A stretch of 64,000 nucleotides of DNA from Lama glama (lineage: Eukaryota), in NCBI GenBank assembly GCA_028534125.1, contig CM052816.1, positions 79,672,001 through 79,736,000 on the forward strand. Direction: 5' to 3'. Positions 1 to 12,308 of this stretch are shown here, piece by piece. Numbering within the stretch: the first letter of the stretch is position 1; each line of letters starts with the position of its first letter. Under the pieces are notes generated by a model. It did not search any database and was not told where the DNA came from. It worked only from the letters and a program-made list of their open reading frames with translations. The translations under genes and the position numbers were made by a program.

Positions 1-1645
1 CACCTCCAGAGAGCATTTCTCTCTTCCGTGCAAGACTCTTTCACCTTCAGGCAAAATAGGCCAAGCCCAAACCAGTTTCACATTTCAGAGTGTGGTTTTG
101 TAAGAACCTCCAACTAGGGGAGTCATCAGCAACCTTTCCAAAGGAACAAAGGACCTCTCTCCTCCCAAATGCCATCACGAGGCCTTCCTTTGGTGGCCAG
201 AGCCATGAACACAACCAGAACACACTGGGCATTTCTACTCTGATGAGCAAAACCCAGTTACTGCTTTTTTCTGTTTTTCCTTCAAGGATCCAGGGACTGG
301 CCGCTGCTCACGCCCACTGCGGGGGGCCTGCTCCCTTGGCTGACTTCTGCTGGTGGGAGGAAGGAATAAGGCTCAAGGGTGCAAGGAGATGTTTCTCCTC
401 GGGGGAGCTGGTCTTAAGAGAATTCCTTCAAGAGTCTCAGTTGGCCATAAACATCCCTAAATGTGCTTGCTCATTAAAGAAGCCCCCTTTGTCCATGTGT
501 GTCCAGTCTCTGAGCAGGCAGACGGCCTGTGAATGAGAACTTCTAAGAAAGTAAGACTGTTCATTCCTTCACCCACTTTGGTTTTTTCTCCATTTAATTT
601 CCTCTCTTCACTTCCTTCCTTTTATCCTGCCACATTCCCGTCACCTCCCAGAAAACGTCTTGCCTCCTCCCTGCCTTCAGGATTGGATTGAGCTCAGACT
701 TCTCCACTTGGCCTGCCTTGGAGCGTGGGCTCAGTTTCGAACCGCTGAATGTAGTGTCAGAATGAGCCATTCTCTTGGTCTTTCTCCGTGCCCGTATTTC
801 ACAGGAGTGGATGGACTGCTTTTTCTGGAAACTCGAGGCTTAGTGCTTTCCTTCAAAATCAGCGTGTACTTTTCGCTCAGAACCTGTTAAAGCATAGGGT
901 CCTCTCCCCGACCCCACACCCCCAGCCAGACCCAGCAGACGCACGTGAGCAAGCCTTCCCCTGACCCCAAGCTCTGACCCTTGGAACCTGCAGAAGCAAA
1001 GTGTGCTCTCGTGTTTTTCAGCAGAGATTGTCTTGTCCGCCTTATCCCCACAACTGAATAATGATTAACAACCCTCCGTACTTTAATATGGAGATAAATT
1101 ATTAACAGTGAGCTGTGCCTTGTCCCAGGTTGTAAAAAGATGACTGTTAGAGTCCCCGTATTCTCCTTGTCAAGGCAGGAAACGTGGAGGACAACGTCAT
1201 CTCAGGCCACTGGCCTCTAAGACTCAAAGATGTGGCGGGCTCCAGTCAGGAGTGGGAGCGGGGTAACAGACAGCAGCAAGGCCACAGGTGAGAGACTTGC
1301 CATTTTCTTTGTCAGTTTTGTTTCTTCCCTTTGGCTTTTCTCTTCTGGACTGGGAACAGGCAGGAGGCACGGACTATGATTACGATCTCAACGGCTGCAT
1401 AGAAGTCTTAGGGAAAGGTCCGTGTTTTAAGAAGAGATGGACAAGGAGATGGGAATGGGACCATAATGACCAATGTGAGGGCCCACTCGAGACCTCCGGG
1501 GTTCCAGGGAGAAAATGTGGGCCTGGCCTGGGGGCGGAGATGAAGAGACCAGCAAGATGACACGGCAGCAGAGTCATGTGACAGACCAGTCCCGGGAGTG
1601 TGGGAAGGGGGAGCCACAGATGGTGGAGGCAAGGATGCATTGTAT

Positions 1646-1697
1646 CAATGTTGTGTTAGTTTCTGGTGAACAGCAATGTGATTCAGTTATATGTGTA

Positions 1698-1738
<41 letters not shown>

Positions 1739-2183
1739 TTACATACATATTCTTTTTCATATTCTTTTCTATTATAGGTTATTACAAAATATTGAATACA
1801 GTTCCCTATGCTATACAGGAGGTCCTTGCTGATTATCTGTTTTACGTAAAGTAGTGTGTATACGTTAATCCCAAACTCCTAACTTATCAGTGCCCCCTCT
1901 TTCCCCTTTGGTAAATGTAAGGTTGTTTTCTATATCTGTGAGTCTATTTTCTGTTTTATAAATAAGTTCATTTGTCTCTTTTTTTAGATTCCACATGTAA
2001 GCAATATCATATGATGTCTGTCTTTCTCTGTCTGACTTATTTCACTTAGTATGATAATCTCTAGGTCCATCCATGTTGCTGCAAATAGCATTGTTTTCTT
2101 TTTCGTGGCTGAGTAATATTCCATTGTCTGTATATAGAACATCTTCTTTATCTAATAATCTATCGATGGACATTTAGGTTGCC
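1646..2183 (-). mobile_element. L1 3' UTR fragment (cetartiodactyl/camelid-type), with internal (TG)n(TA)n microsatellite
   Basis: Antisense L1 3' UTR text (caatgttgtgttagtttctgg...ccactccacatgtaag-like...ccatgttgctgcaaat...catttaggttgc), collinear with the L1 at 62393-62900 in this window. Confidence 0.9.
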
Positions 2184-3239
2184 TGAAGGCTGTTTTGAAC
2201 AGCATAACTCATCCAGAGACATAGATTTTACTCCTTGTCTTTCCTGTTACATAACTAGGGCAGTTGAGGGTCACAGAACAGTCAGTTAGATGCAGAGGGC
2301 AGAGGTAAGGGCAAGGAGGGCCTTCCCATTGAAGCCCCCTAAATGGCAGTCCCTGAAGAAGGGGGCATATCCATGGGGTGGATGACCCAGTGTTGGTTCT
2401 GTGTGTTCCCAGGGTGCTGGCCTCAGAACTCCTTCAACTACAGGAGTAGCCCTAACACCTCCATGTAACCAGGAAAGCAAGCAGAGCCAGGCTTTGATTC
2501 CAGAATAGCATCAGCTTCGGGACAGCTGGCCTCTCCTAACACATCAGCATCTGGCCACTTCTCCTGCTCCTGGCTGGTCTCTGGGGCATTTCTTGCACAT
2601 ATGGGCCTCAAAGAACTACCACTCTGTAGCCAGAATTTTCTGTGAGAAAGACCACACGTGCATCTCATCACGGTCTGTTTTCTCAGGGCGTCTGCTCTGT
2701 GGATGCTCACCAGCACAGAACTGTCACTTCGTTTTCTTGCTTAATGTGTTTGCCTTCATCAGGAGGACTGCTTGAGGAAATTCAGGGCAAAGTCTGACAT
2801 TTGGTAACAGTGGAGAGAAAAAGAGGAGACAGCCCTGGGCTGGGTTACTCTGCCCTGGGAGTAAGAATCATTCACGACACAAATCCTCCCCACCCTCTTC
2901 TCCTCCTGCTCATGCTTTTTCTCCCTTCCTTTCAACAACACTCTTTTGACTTACCTCCTTCTCTCTTAGTCTACATCCTTTCTCCCCATCCACCCTGTGT
3001 TTCTCAGTCATTGGAATACATTTAAATTCCCACCCATAACAAAGGTAAAACCTCAACCAGTGGTCCCGGCTCCCCAGGAAACAGGGAGCTGGGGAGAGAG
3101 GAGGGCCCAGAGTTGTGAATGGCATGCAGAAGTCAGCACTAGCACCTTAACAAGGGGCCCTGAATTGCAGGGACACAGCAGAACAGACACTCATGACAGA
3201 GCCCAGGGCTGTTTCCTCACTATTTATAATAGTAAACCT

Positions 3240-3900
3240 TGGGTCTTTCATTTATTCATTTCTCAACAAATTACTCATTCTCTCAACCTTGATTGAGCAT
3301 CAGTTATATAGCAGGAGAGGTCTTAACACAAAGATAGATGAAATACAGTCCTTGTCCCCAGGAAGCTGGTGGGTGACATGGCACATGGACCAGTAATGGC
3401 CATAACACGGGTGATGAAATTTGTGGTCCTGAAAGACCCGAGGGCAGGGGGTCTGCATGAGAAGACCTGGGACCCAACTGGGCTGATCAGGGAAGAATTC
3501 GTAAGGACTAAATGCCTGACTTGAGTCTTGAAGGTAAAGTCAGCAGGAGGGGGCCCTGGATAGCGTGTTCCTGGCAGAAGAAGATGCCCAGTGCAAGAGC
3601 AGAGGCACTGAGAAGGCAGGTGGAATTGGAAACTAGGGTGTAAAGTGGATGGAACACTGAGGGTTCAGCCTGGAGACAGGTGAGACCTGAGGCCAGAAGG
3701 CAGAGCCAGCTCAAGATGGACTTTGAGGCCAGTAAGAAGGCTGAGGCCACAGAAAATTACAGGAGGACTGTGGACAGGAGAGACGTGCCATCAGACTTAC
3801 TGTTGTAGAAGGAAAGTCCTGGCTGAAATGTGGACAACAGCCTGGAAGGAACAAGGCCAGAGACACGGAGAACACTTAGGAGGCTGTTACGGTAAAATCA
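3240..3900. mobile_element. L2 LINE 3' fragment, degraded
   Basis: cattcatt...ttgagcatcagttatat...cctgacttgagtcttgaagg...ttcctggcagaag...gtgcaaga pattern typical of old L2 copies; boundaries approximate. Confidence 0.6.
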
Positions 3901-4122
3901 CCTGGAAATGGTGTTCCTCGGAAGTCCCTTTCTCCGCAGCTGTGCACCTCGGGCTTCCTGCTGTGGGGGGGAAGGCAAGCTGGTAAAACAGCTGTCAGGA
4001 AAGTAACTCACTCGTTAATTGCGTCGTTTCTGTGCTGTCGGTGACTCTACTGCTTTGTTTTACAGTCTCCGTCGTGTAAAATCACCTTCGTGTAAATATT
4101 TCCTCCTGGTAAAAGCTAGCCT

Positions 4123-4309
4123 CCGGAACTGTTAGACAATACATTTCTGTTGTTTAAACTATTCCATTTGTAATACTTTGTTACAGCCACCCCAGCAAAT
4201 GAATTCAGGTGGGCAGTGCAACGATCCTATGTTCCATTTGGAAACTGAGGCACAGAGAAAGTGAGTGAGACGCAGTTAATACATGGTGGACAGTTTGTTC
4301 CAGAATCTG
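4123..4309. repeat. Inverted copy of the MLT1/MIR junction at 4622-4822
   Basis: Reverse complement shares agacaatacatttctgttg, caggtgggca, tgaggcacagaga and tttgttccagaatctg in the same order with 4622-4822. Confidence 0.85.
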
Positions 4310-4619
4310 CCTTTTTTAACTATAGTATTTAAAACAAATTCCGTTTTCGTCTAAACAATCAACTGCCTTTCCTTTGAAAGGAAGCTTACTCTGGGCATAC
4401 TCCAGTAGTGAAGAGAAGGAGGTAAATGAACTCCTTGGCAGTCCATAAGCCCACCCATCTCATGCTGCCATCTTGTGCTAGAACAGGAGTCTTGACAATT
4501 GTGTCCCTGCTTATAATCCAGGAGGAGACTTCCTCCCAACAGAGGCTGTGAGAATATGCCAGGCAGCTGAGTCTCTGAGCCTGGCATGGACAAAGAACTT
4601 CTTCCAATGTAGGTAGGAA

Positions 4620-5290
4620 GACAGATTCTGGAACAAATTGCCCTCCGCGTGTGAGCTGTGTGGCATTAGGGAAGCACTTACCCTCTCTGTGCCTCAATTT
4701 CCACAAGTAACGTAGGATCATTGTATTGCCCACCTGTGTTACGGCAGCTGGGGCTGCCGTAACAAAAGTACCACAAGCTGAAAGGCTTCAGCAACAGAAA
4801 TGTATTGTCTCACAGTTCTGGGGCCTCAGAACCTGAGATCAAGGTGTTGGCAGGGTTGGTTCCTTCTGAGGGCTGTGAGGGAGACCCTGTTCCATGCCTG
4901 TCACTTAGTTTCGGGTGACTTGCTGGCCATCTCTGGTGTTCCTTGGCTTCTAGATGCATGACTCCAATCTCTGCCTTCCTTTTCATGTGGCATCCTCTCC
5001 GAATGAGTCTCTGTGCCCAGACTTCCCCACCTTGTAAGGACGCCAGTCACACTGGATGAGGGTCTGCCTAATGACCTCATTGTGACTGGATTGCCTCTGT
5101 GATGAACCCATCTCCAAATACAGTCACCTTCAGAGGCACTGGGGGTTAGGACTTCAACATATGAATTTTGGGGGAGGAGACAATTTAGCCCATAACACCA
5201 CCTAAATAGAATTTTCAAAGAAAATTAAATGAATTAATGCCTGTAAAACAGTGCCTGGCACTTAGAGACTCTCAATAATGTTAGATTATG
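4620..5290 (+). mobile_element. MIR SINE split by the MLT1 LTR (4620-4734 and 5198-5290)
   Basis: MIR core ctctctgtgcctcaatttcc before the LTR; attaaatgaattaatgcctgtaaaacagtgcctggcac after it. Confidence 0.75.
4735..5197 (-). mobile_element. MaLR solo LTR (MLT1B/C-like), full length, 5-bp TSD CCACC
   Basis: TG...CA termini; ggctgccgtaacaaaagtaccacaa...acagaaatgtattgtctcacagttctgg...gggttaggacttcaacatatgaattttgggg; CCACC at 4730-4734 and 5198-5202. Confidence 0.9.
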
Positions 5291-8200
5291 CTAGATATAA
5301 ATGAAAAGCCTCCCGGTTAGTGGATGGCAGTGTTGAAATTCAGCTGATTTGCACCAGTAAGGCCTCGCCAATTATTTATGACCTGTGTCTTTTTTATTTG
5401 TCCGGGCTGATACTGTACCAGATGAACATTCTGGATAATACTCCCAGCTAACAGATCCACAATGAAAAGGCGTAGATCGAGTAAGGTCTGTGATTTTTCT
5501 TCCCTGGTCTCTAAGCTGTGGATACTGAGCAATGCAACTAGCACAGAGGGGAAAAGAGCACCTGCCACTTCTTTTAAAAAAGAACCAGTGAAGCCCTCTC
5601 TTCCTGATGAGCCCACAAAGGCAAACTCCCCACTGTCGGTGGCTCCCTGCTGTGGGCTAGGGCAGGGCCAGCATGCTGGGCTCTGGAGATGAAGCTGATT
5701 GAAGTGTGTCCCAGATGGGCTGAACCCAGGCCACCAGGGGAGAGCGACTGACGTGAAGAACAGTGTTTGCTCACCTCAGTTCCCTTTAGAATCAGCTCTT
5801 TAAAAAATAAATAAGACTTGTTGATCTTTTGTGTGGGTGGTTAAACAAATCAGGTGGCCCCAAATGAATTCCAGGTAAAGACGAGTAAGAGGATCTATGA
5901 GAAAGCAAGCTGCTGTAACCAGCCAGGGCTGGACCTGGGGGACCCAGTGGCCTCTTTGTAGAGCTTTCTGGGCACTGCAAGGGTCTTCTTCTTAGCAAGC
6001 CCCCCAACCCATCTTGGTGGCTGCCCCATGACTGCAGTGGCAGGAGATTAAGGAGATAGCGTGGGCCTGAGAGAGGGGCAGCTGACACCTAGGCCAAAGT
6101 CAAACAGAGCTGCCAACGCAAAAGATCAGGGTTGTGTAGCTTCATTTGAAGGAGATACAGAAAGGTTGTTGTCCACAGGGAGGTTTTCAGGGGATGAACC
6201 TTACTGACTGACACCTATAACCAGCCCTCATCTGGGAAACGTGGACTCCCTGACCGCCAAGGCCAAGGCAAGGTCATTCTCTCCCCTTGGCCCCTCAAAT
6301 TCCTCCCTTTTTTTCACTAGGTAAACAGGAAGGCTTCTGCGCTCCAGTAGGAAAACCCTACACTGGGATGTAGGATGCCTGCTGATTCTGCTGCCCTTCA
6401 AGCTGTGTGACCTTGGACAACTGGTTTAACCTTTCTGGGCTCAGTTTCATCATCTTTTATTTGAGGGGCTTGGAGACATGGAGGTCAGGGACTCTTCAAG
6501 TTAAAGGGATCTTGGGAATCCAGTGTGATCCATTTGGTAGATAAGGAACATAAGGCTACAAAGTTAAGTGACTGGCTCACAGTTACTGAATTTGTGAGGG
6601 GACAGGACCGTAGGAGTCAGGTGTCCCACCTGGGGCTCATTCCATTAACAACAGTGACCCCGCCTCTACTTATTGTGTCAGAGTGCTTACATTTCCCCCT
6701 GTAACAAACTTCTGAAATAGATCTTCTTATACCTATTTTACAGGTAGGGAAAGTGGCTTGCCCAAGATCTCCAGCTACTGAGTAGAAGAGCCAGGACTTT
6801 TACTGCTGGTTTGGTGTACTTCCTGCTGCCCACCAGTTGCCTCCAATTGCCCTTAGAAAATCCAGCCATGGGCCACCTCGGGTGCCCAGCCAGAGTGAGG
6901 GTCTGATTCTTGAGGGCAGATGGATCCATCCCAGGGTTGGGAACAGGCAAGCAAGAATATTTCTTCTAAACAGCTGCAGAAAAGCCATATTCATCTTCCC
7001 AGTGTGAATGACTCTGCAATGGATAAATGAGATTTTAAGTAAGAAAATGTTACAAATGTGACATTAGAAATAAACTTATCAAAGGCTGAAGCAAAATGGG
7101 TCAGCCAGGTCCACCCTCGGGTAGTGGGGTGGCAGCTGCCTCTCTACTCCACGGTGAGGTTTTTACACTGGCTCTCCTGCCCTCCCCACCTCCCTCACAG
7201 GTCCAGGTGCACCAGAATGCTGGTGTCCCAGGTAGTGCCAGCACCTCTCAGGTGCCCACTTCCTCAATTGAGGCATCACTGCTCCTCTGGGCGGAGAAGA
7301 GACACCCTCTAAGATCACTGAGGTCTCTAAGATCTCCCCAGGGCACGTCTGGATTTAGCTCGGTCCTGATGCTCGGCAGCACTAGCCAGCATCACGGCAA
7401 GTCTTGACGAGCATCAGGTCGGTACCGCACTGGAAGAGAAGCTGGAGGTGAGGTTGTTTGTGCTCAGTACCCCCGCACCGCCCAGCATAGATACATACAC
7501 TGTACCAGTGTGGCTGGGAAGACTTTCCTCCTGCTCCCAGTGTTCTGAACAGAAACAGATGCTGCAGACATAGTCCCGACTCCCCTCGTCCCCCACCCGG
7601 CCTCTCAGAGGGGTCAACAGGCTGGTCTTAAGGGCACAAAGACACCTGGTCAAAGCGGAGACAGCTGTTCTTGTCCCTTGATAAGCCTTCACCTCAAGTT
7701 CTCAGCAGTGTGGACGTATAAACAGAATTTCTGCCTTCCACCACTGTGACTGCCCCCACTCAGAGTTCCAGAGTTAATTATTAACAGCCAGACAACTTCG
7801 CAGTGAGCCAGGACTTGTGCCTTTTCTAGAAGCACGTTTCCAAGAGGACTTCACCCCCACTGGATTCCTCCTCGGGGCCCAGGGTGGACAGAGAGACAAA
7901 CAATTGGGCCTGTAATTTCAATTAGGATAGACCCAAGCCGAAAACCTCAGGGAACTCCCTTGGAAGATTTTTCTAGGAAAGTGGACTTCTTAATTTGACA
8001 TCTCAAGCACACAAGGGTTTTGGGAGAATAAAATCACACGACCTTAGAAGGGCCTGCGGTCGTCTGGCCTGACTTGCAGGGTGTCCAAAGAGAACTTACT
8101 TCATCGTTCGAAGTAACTCTCAGTGATGAGATGCTCTCAGGAAATGTGATTTATTGGCTGCATATACCCGCCATGAAAGTAACACATCCTGGAATTTAGG

Positions 8201-9614
8201 TTGGAAGGGACGTGGGAATTCATTGTGTCTTTTCTTACTATGTGGAGGAGGCGTCTGAAATGAAAGGAAGTCCTAAATCTAGAGAGCAAGGCTAATGGCT
8301 CATACGCAGGTCAGTTTGCTTCCTTCCCGAGGAGATCTGAAAGCCAAGGCTACTGGATAATGTCTTATATAACAGTTGTTTCTCTAAAGTCCTTCAAACA
8401 GTCCCCTGAATTTTTTTTTATGTGAAACAAAACTTTCCTTTATTGATGTAATACCAAGGTGGACCTTGGCCTAATTCATACCAAAATATCATCCTTCTGA
8501 GTTATTAATAATACCTATGTTTGCTGAGTGTTTCCTATATGTGTAGCACCGTGCTGACAATATACAATAACAGTCAAGTGACTTACCCCAGAGGAGCCTC
8601 AGGGATCCCGTGTTATTCGGAAGACTGGATAAATACATGCAAAGTGCTTAGAACACCGCCATCCCCCATCTCACCTGCAGCAGGTAGGACCACTCCCTGC
8701 AAGGAAGGGAAGGATATGATGTGCAGGCAGGCGGGATTGACCTTACAGGTAGACCCTGATAGGTGAGGGCTGTATGGTGGGACGGCCCCCATGCCCGTGC
8801 CTAATTCATTCTTGCCCACCAGGTTCAACTTTACGCTTAAGGGCGCCTCACTTAAAAGCAGATTGTCTTTGGAGGCATAAGCTTTGAATCAGCCAACCAT
8901 TATCAGAAGTTCTTTTACATCTTCCCAGGAATCGGAAAGAGGAAGGCCATATAGGTATAGGCAGAGAAAAGGCCAACCTTCGGAGGTGGCCTCAAATGGG
9001 ATGCTGAGAATTCAGACCATAAGAGATGGTCCTTTGACATGACCTACTAGTCAGATCTGCTCCAGAGTGACTTTTTCTGTAAGAATAAATTCAGATCTTC
9101 TTGGGTTGCCTTCTTTCAGGTAGGAAAAATATTTTGAAAAACTCTTACGGCCCTGAGTGAGTGACTTGGCAAAAGAAGATGGTGGGGTCCTTCAAATACC
9201 ATGTCTGTGTCATTTTTCTCAGAGACATATCAGTTCATAACCCCAAGATTTCAACACTCCACTCAGTTCTGGGCTCTCTATCTGAATCAGAACTATCCCA
9301 TGCCCACTGCATGTGTGTCTGCAGCTGCCGTAGACTAACCAGCTCAGGACCAGGACTTCATTTACGCCCTGTGGCCCTTCTCTGTGTGTCAAATGAAAAC
9401 ACATGGTGTCTAAGGGACCTTGTTTTCTGTGTCTTGGAGACCCTTGGCCTAAATTAAGCAAATGTGATGGGATCCTCAGAGAGAGACGCAGGACCTGGGA
9501 TAAGCCACACCTTCTGGCCGTTGGGAGGCATGCCATAGACCTGCCAGGTTCATTGGAGAACCCAAGGCTGAGAATCCTACACCCTATATGATACACTTTT
9601 GACAAGAGGTATTG

Positions 9615-9645
9615 GCAATACAATGTGTGTCCAGTAGGGGGCGAC
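9615..9645 (+). promoter_or_regulatory. Candidate CTCF site (core CCAGTAGGGGGCG with upstream GCAATAC module)
   Basis: Core at 9631-9643 closely matches the CTCF core consensus; motif only, no binding data. Confidence 0.5.
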
Positions 9646-11914
9646 AAGGAAACAGATGGATGAGACCAGTGAAATGTGAGAAAGAATTGGGATGTTGTTT
9701 CCTGTAGAAGAGGAAGGCCTGGAGGAATGAGACGGCTGTCCACTCTTTAAAGCACTCAAAGAGAAGAGGACGGAGTACTCCTCTTTGTTCCAAATGTTAA
9801 AAATAGAAGCAGTGGAAGGGGAGTGTTGGACAACCAGGCTTTTCCGGCGATCAGTGCTGTCTGCAGGGAACTAACACTGTGCAGGCAGGTCGAGGGCTTT
9901 CTTGGTGTTTGATGTGTTGGTCCAGTGGTTGGGGGAAAAGGAGACACCAGTAGGGGAGGTTAAAGAGGGGTTGCCTTCCCTTGGGTGGGAGATTGAACTA
10001 GAGACTTACTCAGGCTGTTGTAGTTGTGAAGAGCATGGTTTTGTGATTTTTTTTAATGGATGAGCAATAAAGGGGTGTTTATGGTCTCTGTACTCCAGAA
10101 ACAATGATTACCATCTTAACTATTCTGTGCATGGAAAACTTGTGAATCTGGAAAGCTAAGAAGTTTTCAGGGTAATTTAAACATACTTTCTGGGACACCC
10201 TTGGATCACACAAGGCACCGTGTGGTCATGTAAGAGCATGGCTGTGGGGCAGAACCCACAGGGGTCCAAATCCTGCCTCTGCCCTCCTGAAGCTCCACAC
10301 CTGTGGACAGGTTACCTGACTTAGTTGTGCCTTCACTTTTGCAGCTGCAAGATGGAAACAATAACACTTGCCTTGTACTCCTGTTGTGAGCCTGAGGTCT
10401 GGGAACGCATCTAGAACATGAGAACTCTGCCCGGTACGCAGTGAGCACTCAGTCCGGATTAGTGATGCTGTTAGAGAAGGAGACGCCAGTATCATTTCCT
10501 AAGTCCATGAGAGAATTTAAGCAGCATGGCATCAGCTTGCAGCAAAAACGTGTATGTTTCTTTGATCTGTGCTATCACACAGAGGAGACGTTAAATATGG
10601 CTGCCTTTTTGGTAATAATGTACATTTTTTAGTGGCCAGTACAGGAGTGATAAATCCTATTGGTGGAGTGAACGACAGCTGAGTCCCATGAAGCAAAGGA
10701 AAAAATAGAGTCCAGTGATTTTTTTTTTTTTGAGTAGTGGATCCCGAAGAGAATGGGAGTGTAGCCAGGTACCTGGGATTTCCACTGTTTCTTGTGGCTG
10801 CGTCTTGGCTTCTTGGTTCCCCAAGAGAAATAAAAATCATGGCTTCCTCTAGACTACGCCTCTGCCCTCGTGTTGACAATGCAGGGACATCTGGTTGACA
10901 ACCTAATTATCTCTACCCTACATTTTTTTTTCTTATCCTAAGAGCACCTGTATGAGGAGGGGGGAAGGAGGAGAAAATGACACAAGAGGGCTTAGTTTCT
11001 CATCTTGATAATTGCCTGATAATTTGCACTGAGAGGTCTTGTTGGGGTATAGGAGCCATTCATTCCTCCTCCAGTCCTTTGAATTTCCCAGGCTCTCATC
11101 GCTGTATTAGGCTGGCAGCTAATGAAAGGGAGGGGAGAAAGATTTTAAATGTCCCTCTCAGGACAAATTATGCAGCTCTTGAGTTTCTGCCGGCTCATTT
11201 GTCCAAATGAAACAGATCTCTGGGGAAACAGCAGAGTCTGCTGTTGAGCAACGCGCTTTTCAGTCCTGGGAGTTACACCACTTTGTTTCTACGTGAAATC
11301 AGGCAGCCCTGTCCTGACTTTAAATGATCAGTCGCGTATGGCAGAGTGAGATTATTTTTCATGCTCTCAGTAGATACAACAGCGAGAGTGCAGACAACTC
11401 CATATGGTCTCTTTGGAAACTGGATGGTGCCAAGCAGGAGCGCTTACACTGGTTCCCTTTTTCTTGAATTGTCTATTAAACCAACATTATCGTAAGATGT
11501 TAAGAACTATTATGCTGCATTAGTGTGCTCCGGGGCAGCATCAGCGCTTGGGTAGCACGGGCTCATCCCCCACATAAGCACATCTCCTAGGACCCACCCA
11601 ACTTGCAGGTTCATTCCTATCCTCAAATGTTGAGTGGGGATGAAACATGAGCTAGAATCAAATGTGAGATGAAAGGTGTTTCTCCTGTTTGCTTTGTTCT
11701 TTATTATTTCTTTCCCTTTTATTGCTTATGACACTAGCCATAAACATCTATCCACATGGAAATCTGTCTACTGTATGAGACATGACATCACTTAATCTAC
11801 AGAGGAAACAATATCTCTGGCAATAACATTTAACTTCAAGAGGCACTGTTTGACCGGCTAACTTAGTGACTTAGAATCGGTGCCCTCGTTTCTTTAGGTC
11901 AGCCATTATTAGTT

Positions 11915-12308
11915 GTTCTGTTTGTTTGTTTGTTGTTTGTTTTCTTAAATTGAAGTATGCTTGATGTGCAATATTGTGTAAGTTATAGGTGTACAATATA
12001 GTGATTCACAATTTTTAAAGGCTATGCTCCATTTATACTTATTATAAAATATTGGCTATGTTCCCCATGTTGTGCAGTATATCTTTGTAGCTTATTTTAT
12101 ACATAACAGGTCACACCTCTTCATCCCTTACCCCAAGTTGCCCCTCCTCCCTACCCTCGCCCCACTGGTAAACACTAGTTTGTTCTCTGTATCTGTGAGT
12201 CTGCTGCTTTTTTGTTCTATTCACTAGTTTGTTGTATTTTTTAGACTCCACGTGTAAGTGATATCATACAGAATTTGTCTTTCTCTGTTTGACTTATTTC
12301 GCTTAGTT
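11915..12308 (-). mobile_element. L1 3' end with (GTTT)n-degraded tail
   Basis: attgaagtatgcttgatgtgcaatatt...ttagactccacgtgtaagtgatatcatacag...gacttatttcgcttag is antisense L1 3' UTR. Confidence 0.88.

Noticed and set aside
720..750. Pol III B-box-like tttcgaacc
   Set aside because: Imperfect, no properly spaced A box or tRNA fold
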